Below, piece by piece: positions 39,424-43,658 of a stretch of DNA of 43,658 nucleotides. Position 1 is the first letter of the stretch. The number at the start of each line of letters is the position of its first letter. Location of the stretch: the IMG/VR virus record IMGVR_UViG_3300043414_000452, positions 1-43,658 of that record; one strand, given 5' to 3'. The position numbers and the translations under genes are program-made. The notes under the pieces were generated by a model. The model was not told where the DNA came from, did not search any database, and worked only from the letters and a program-made list of their open reading frames with translations. The stretch comes from a virus. Taxonomy: Duplodnaviria; Caudoviricetes.

Positions 39424-40868
39424 GCGTCTGCGGCCTGGTCGGCCTCCTCAGGTGTGGCACCGCCGTAGTTCCCGTCTGGCTCAAGGTCAATGAACAGGCC
39501 GAGCTCTTTCATCAGCGACACCTCGGCGGCACGCTGACGAAGTTCCTGCTCCCAGTTCTTGCCCTGCTTGGCGTATTCGTGAGCCAGCGTGGTCGTGTGC
39601 GTCCGCAACCTCGTCTGCGCTGCGTTGGCTTCCTTGGCCGGGTCAACGTGCTCTTTGCCGTCCCATGCCCACGTCCATTGCCATTCGCTGATTGGCGGCA
39701 GACCGCGAGGAACAATGCCTAGAAGCACGGCTTCGTCCAGCCACATGCGGAGCGTGCGGTCAAGCATCTGACGCTCAATCTCATCACGCAGAACACGCTG
39801 GTTAGACGTGTAAATCTGGTGATCCATGCGACCGCTTGCGTAGTTGTAAGACGACGAATCCAGCGCGGCGATGTTGTATGGAATCTGCATGCAACGAGCG
39901 ATCTCGTTAATGATTTCCCTTTTGAACATCCCATACGTGCTGGTTGGCTGTTCCGCCTTCAGCTGCGAGACGTTCCACCCTTCAGGCAGCGTGACCATCG
40001 TTCTCTTTTCGATGGGCATCTCAGCGAAAGCATCAACGTCGTCCACCTCTGCGGCAGGCGAGTTGCTGTGCAGGAACGCAGCGAAGTCCGCCGCAGTCTC
40101 AGCCGCAGCAATCACTGCGTCTGTGTATCGACGCAGCTGTGCGAACAGCCGGATAGACGGTGCCACCTCCGACACGCCGCGATGCTGTGCCGGGCGTTGA
40201 CGAGAGAACCAATGCACCACCATCTCGGCAGGGATGCGGTTGAACTCAAAGTTACTCACCCGCCAGTTGGAGCCGGGGTGGTACTTGAGCACCTTGTATG
40301 CGATGACGTTGCCAACGTCGTCAAACTCCAACCCGTCAACGATTGAGCCTTCCGGCGTCGTGTCTGGGATGTAGAGCCCAACGGGCGTGGCAATCATCTC
40401 GGCTTCGACTAGGCGAATATCAAGTTGCACGCCGTCAAGCCGTGGATTTGTGAAGTACATAGCGAACGCTTCGCCGTCAATCAGCTTGCTCTGACGCATC
40501 GTGCGGAGCTTTTCAGCCAGATTGACGTGCCATGACCAATCAAAGAACGCACGCTCAATGGTGCGGTCTGCTTCGCTGTCGCCAGTGTTGAGTTGCAGTC
40601 GCGGGCCGGTGCCAACCAAATCGGTCGCCAGCGTCTCGCAGATGCCGGCCAGATACGAGTTGTTGTTCCGCTCGTAACGAGCACGATTCCGCATCGTGCG
40701 ACGCACGACCGGCGTCAGGGCACCGTCCATGCTGAACCAATCAGCGTTTGACCAGTGTCGCCCGTCGTCGGTGCTCGTTGCCGCATCAAAGCGAGCACGG
40801 ACAACCTTTGGCGACGTCGGCGCTGGCCGAGCATCGGGACGGCTGAACAGTCTGGACAGCAGGCCCAT
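39420..40868 (-). CDS. Portal protein, lambda family
   Basis: RNRARYERNNNSY, DGEAF, QHRGVS, YNYASGR, HVDPAKEA. Confidence 0.93.
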   Translation of the reverse strand: MGLLSRLFSRPDARPAPTSPKVVRARFDAATSTDDGRHWSNADWFSMDGALTPVVRRTMRNRARYERNNNSYLAGICETLATDLVGTGPRLQLNTGDSEADRTIERAFFDWSWHVNLAEKLRTMRQSKLIDGEAFAMYFTNPRLDGVQLDIRLVEAEMIATPVGLYIPDTTPEGSIVDGLEFDDVGNVIAYKVLKYHPGSNWRVSNFEFNRIPAEMVVHWFSRQRPAQHRGVSEVAPSIRLFAQLRRYTDAVIAAAETAADFAAFLHSNSPAAEVDDVDAFAEMPIEKRTMVTLPEGWNVSQLKAEQPTSTYGMFKREIINEIARCMQIPYNIAALDSSSYNYASGRMDHQIYTSNQRVLRDEIERQMLDRTLRMWLDEAVLLGIVPRGLPPISEWQWTWAWDGKEHVDPAKEANAAQTRLRTHTTTLAHEYAKQGKNWEQELRQRAAEVSLMKELGLFIDLEPDGNYGGATPEEADQAADA

Positions 40869-41065
40869 TAGGTCGTCCCCGGCGGAATGAGCTTGTTGAA
40901 CCGCAGGCCACGAGACTTCGTCCCAGACGCACGCTTTGCAGACAGGTACTTGTCCGCCTCGATCATCGAGGCGACATCCTGTGCCTCAACTTCGCCAGCG
41001 TCGGTACGCACCCGCTTCGGGCCGGATGCCACTTCGCCGATCTTGTCGCGCAGTTCGTCGCTCAT
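40868..41065 (-). CDS. gpW-like head completion protein
   Basis: 65 aa, immediately upstream of the portal (TAATG); PKRVRTDAGEVE. Confidence 0.7.
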   Translation of the reverse strand: MSDELRDKIGEVASGPKRVRTDAGEVEAQDVASMIEADKYLSAKRASGTKSRGLRFNKLIPPGTT

Positions 41066-41072
41066 GCGTCAG

Positions 41073-41116
41073 ACGCTACGGGACGCACCGGCAATCGCAG
41101 ACCGGGTATGCCGTCA
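41073..41116 (-). promoter_or_regulatory. Late-type promoter TGACGGCATACCCGGTCT-N20-TAGCGT, leaderless
   Basis: ATG 7 nt after the -10 box; no Shine-Dalgarno. Confidence 0.65.
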
Positions 41117-41530
41117 GACTACGACCCATTCAGAGCCGCGTCGCTCAAAAAGCACGACATCGGCGCAGCCCAGCTTGCTGGCTATCCCTGCCGTCGCTGG
41201 CGAGAACACCGCAAGAGGCTTGGCTGCGTCGATCACGCCGCACGACATTAGGAAAGATGCCAGCGTCGTCGCCTTGCCCGTGTTGCGGTAGCGTTCCTCG
41301 ACGTACTGCTCCAGCGTCTGCATCCCACGCCAGACGTGCGAGCACGCCCAAGCGACCATTGCCCCATCAGAGTGCCAGACGGCTACCGGCGTGCAGCTGC
41401 TCGCCTCGCCTTCAAGCGCCGCCGATACTTCCGCCTGGAACTCGCTGTCAGGCTTGGTGAGCCGCGAGCGGATGGCGAGCATGTCCCGAGGCTCTAGCCC
41501 GTCGATGGTGGTGAGCGTGACTTGATTCAT
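41114..41530 (-). CDS. GNAT-family acetyltransferase-like protein
   Basis: QYVEERYRNTGKATTL resembles GNAT motif A (V-x-x-x-YR-x-x-G-x-A); ATGA-coupled to terL. Confidence 0.65.
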   Translation of the reverse strand: MNQVTLTTIDGLEPRDMLAIRSRLTKPDSEFQAEVSAALEGEASSCTPVAVWHSDGAMVAWACSHVWRGMQTLEQYVEERYRNTGKATTLASFLMSCGVIDAAKPLAVFSPATAGIASKLGCADVVLFERRGSEWVVV

Positions 41531-43626
41531 TGCATCCGCTTCAGTTGGATCACACGTTTCCCGGTTGTGCTCGTCGGGATTGTCACTTTCTTCCGCTGCC
41601 TGCCGCCCGCCTCTGACGCAGCAGGATTCACGCCGGCGATGCTCGCAGCCACGGCGGCTCCAACAACACAGTCCCACCAATGATTGTCAGCACCAGGGCG
41701 GCTCTGCCACTCGTCAACGACTCTGCCTTTCGCCTCAGTCCTCACCGGGAACTCTGCCGTGAGATGCTCAATCAGCAGTTCGTGATCGCCTGCGTGCAGT
41801 GTGATTGCCTCGGGATCACCCATCTGCATGCGAAGCCTTGCAGCCACAAACGTCTTCCAGAAGTTCGTATCGTAGATTGCCGACTTCTGGTTCGTTGCCG
41901 TGCCGACTCGCCCGAGCCGCCACTGAAGCCCTACACGGTCGTGCTTTGAGCCAACGTCGCTCAACGCCTGCCGGCTGGCTCCAACACCCTTGCCGTGAGA
42001 CGGGATCAACTGGGCCGCAAACGGAGACTGCCGGCAGAAGTTCCGCACCACTTGCGTAGACGCACCGTAGTTGGCGTCAATCATCATGTGCGAGACACGC
42101 ATCGCCATGCCGTCTTCTCGCTTCCACTCGCTGCCGAGAATCATTTCGGCGACCTTCCCGAATCCTGCGTACCACGCACCCTCTTGGCTAGATCCCTTGG
42201 CAGCACTCGTCAGCGTCCGCTTCGCGTACTTGGCCTCGAAGAACGACACCGCTTGGTCTGGGTACGCACCGTAGGCGACAACGTGCCCGCCGAACGACTC
42301 TGACCATGAGGCGATGAGCCAGAAAAGCAACTTTTCCTGCACGTCCACAAACGCCGTGAGAGCGTTGTGAGAAAGTGGGATAATCCCACGCTTCGCAGGC
42401 AACGCCCGAGCCTGCAACGCCCGCTTGTCTAGCTTGTCACTGGCGATGTCGTCCGCCAGTGGCGAGTTCTGATACTCCGCCTGGAACGCCGACTCTCCAC
42501 GGTCAATCCGCAGATTCCATGCGTGCTGCAACGCCGAGAGTTCGTCTTCGTTCTTTCGCTCGGGCCACGCCACCCGCGTGCCAGCGTCCATCACCGGACG
42601 ATTGGCAGCGTAGAACGCATCAGCGGCACCCGTGCCAGTGCCGTCACGCTGACCGGATCGCCGCAGTTCAGCGTATTGCGACCACAGGACGTCGGCATCT
42701 GGGCCGCCCCAATCGTAGATCAGCTTTGACCGCTCGCCCTGCCACGAAGGATGCCGGTTCCGGTCAAGCAGCCTGTCAGCCAAGTCGTCAGGGCGGATGA
42801 CCGTGATAGTCGCCAATCCTGCGATTTTCTTGCCCGGCCCGGCGAGCCCGAGGATGGCACCGGCAAGCGTCCGCTCCCGCGTCGAGCACTGGCTAGGTGA
42901 GTTCGCAGATTCGTCAGTCTGTGGATCGTCCACGAGCACCAGCGTCGGACGCACCGTCTTGCCGTCCGGTCGTGTGTGCATCACGCCACGGATGCGACCC
43001 GTGATGCCAGCGACACGAATCGCCACGCCGGCAGACGGCTGTCCCTTGATCCACGGCAGCGTCAGACGGTCAACCTTCCACTCAAGCTCTGTTGACTCGC
43101 CCTCGCACGTCTGCCCGTTGGCTCTAGCCGAGATCCCGTCAAGAGCCTTGATTGGCAGACAAGCCGCCGGGAAGTCGTCCAAGAGCAGCGGATTCATCTC
43201 TAGGTGGCTTTTGACGCTGTCGAGCATTGCCGAGGCTATCGCCTGGTCAGCACCGATCAGCATCACGAAGTCTTTGTGCCCGTAGAGCATTGACCACAGG
43301 CAGGCCCAAATCGCCAGCGTCGTCTTCCCAGAGCCACGCGGCATCGCGAACGCAAACAACTCGCCACGCAGCACGGACGCCTCGATCTTGGCTATCGCTC
43401 GCAGGTGGTCGTCGGACCACGCCAACGGAAAAGACTCCGCGCCGTACTGCTCACAGAACAGCCGGAAAGATGTGCTGCACGCCTTGCGACGCTTGGGATC
43501 TGCCGGCGGCGGAATAGTGCCAATATCCCGGCCAGCAGCGGCGGTTTTGCGGTTCCAAGACGCAGATTGCTGCTTTCTCTGGGAGTAGGCGTCTGGTTTG
43601 GGTGGCTGGGTCGGCCTTTTTGTCAT
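41527..43626 (-). CDS. terL: Terminase large subunit (GpA-type nuclease C-terminus)
   Basis: MPRGSGKT Walker A, VLVDDPQ Walker B, AFVDVQ, MIDANYG, NHWWDC. Confidence 0.92.
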   Translation of the reverse strand: MTKRPTQPPKPDAYSQRKQQSASWNRKTAAAGRDIGTIPPPADPKRRKACSTSFRLFCEQYGAESFPLAWSDDHLRAIAKIEASVLRGELFAFAMPRGSGKTTLAIWACLWSMLYGHKDFVMLIGADQAIASAMLDSVKSHLEMNPLLLDDFPAACLPIKALDGISARANGQTCEGESTELEWKVDRLTLPWIKGQPSAGVAIRVAGITGRIRGVMHTRPDGKTVRPTLVLVDDPQTDESANSPSQCSTRERTLAGAILGLAGPGKKIAGLATITVIRPDDLADRLLDRNRHPSWQGERSKLIYDWGGPDADVLWSQYAELRRSGQRDGTGTGAADAFYAANRPVMDAGTRVAWPERKNEDELSALQHAWNLRIDRGESAFQAEYQNSPLADDIASDKLDKRALQARALPAKRGIIPLSHNALTAFVDVQEKLLFWLIASWSESFGGHVVAYGAYPDQAVSFFEAKYAKRTLTSAAKGSSQEGAWYAGFGKVAEMILGSEWKREDGMAMRVSHMMIDANYGASTQVVRNFCRQSPFAAQLIPSHGKGVGASRQALSDVGSKHDRVGLQWRLGRVGTATNQKSAIYDTNFWKTFVAARLRMQMGDPEAITLHAGDHELLIEHLTAEFPVRTEAKGRVVDEWQSRPGADNHWWDCVVGAAVAASIAGVNPAASEAGGRQRKKVTIPTSTTGKRVIQLKRMQ

Positions 43627-43658
43627 TTTGGACCGCTCACGATGTTATTTTTTCTGGC

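Larger units (their letters stand above)
1..43658 (-). mobile_element. Temperate tailed phage (siphovirus-like) genome, apparently complete or nearly so
   Basis: Full module set (packaging, head, tail, putative lysis, integration, replication), tightly packed on one strand with ATGA/TAATG overlaps. No host housekeeping context. TerL starts 32 nt from the right end. Confidence 0.93.

Overview
The window looks like an essentially complete (~43.7 kb) temperate, lambda-like siphovirus genome, opened just upstream of the terminase. Almost all genes are on the minus strand. Order from the right end: large terminase, GNAT-like protein, gpW-like protein, lambda-type portal, protease-capsid fusion, head/neck and fibre proteins, three paralogous short tail-tube genes, a tail chaperone with a -1 frameshift, tape measure, and Cys-rich tail-tip genes. 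These are followed by a metallophosphoesterase/DUF1599 module and a membrane-protein cassette built around a papain-like protease (no recognisable peptidoglycan hydrolase). A small plus-strand island carries the tyrosine integrase, next to a tRNA-Ser-like attP. The early/replication arm encodes an HTH regulator, RecT, an SNF2 helicase, two DNA methyltransferases, a replication initiator with iterons, a LexA-type DNA-binding domain, DnaN, a PAPS-reductase-like protein and RusA. A Planctomycetota host is my inference from gene style and is not proven. The most unusual signals are: (i) a recurring promoter-like motif TTGAC(A/G)-N7-(-10 box), one helical turn shorter than sigma70 promoters, mostly in front of leaderless genes; (ii) a second promoter class, CCGGTCT-N20-(-10), at late operons; (iii) the protease-centred lysis cassette; (iv) a GGA-rich, CsrB-like leader upstream of recT; and (v) an in-frame palindromic element inside a coding sequence. 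All family calls come from motif recognition; no database search was run.
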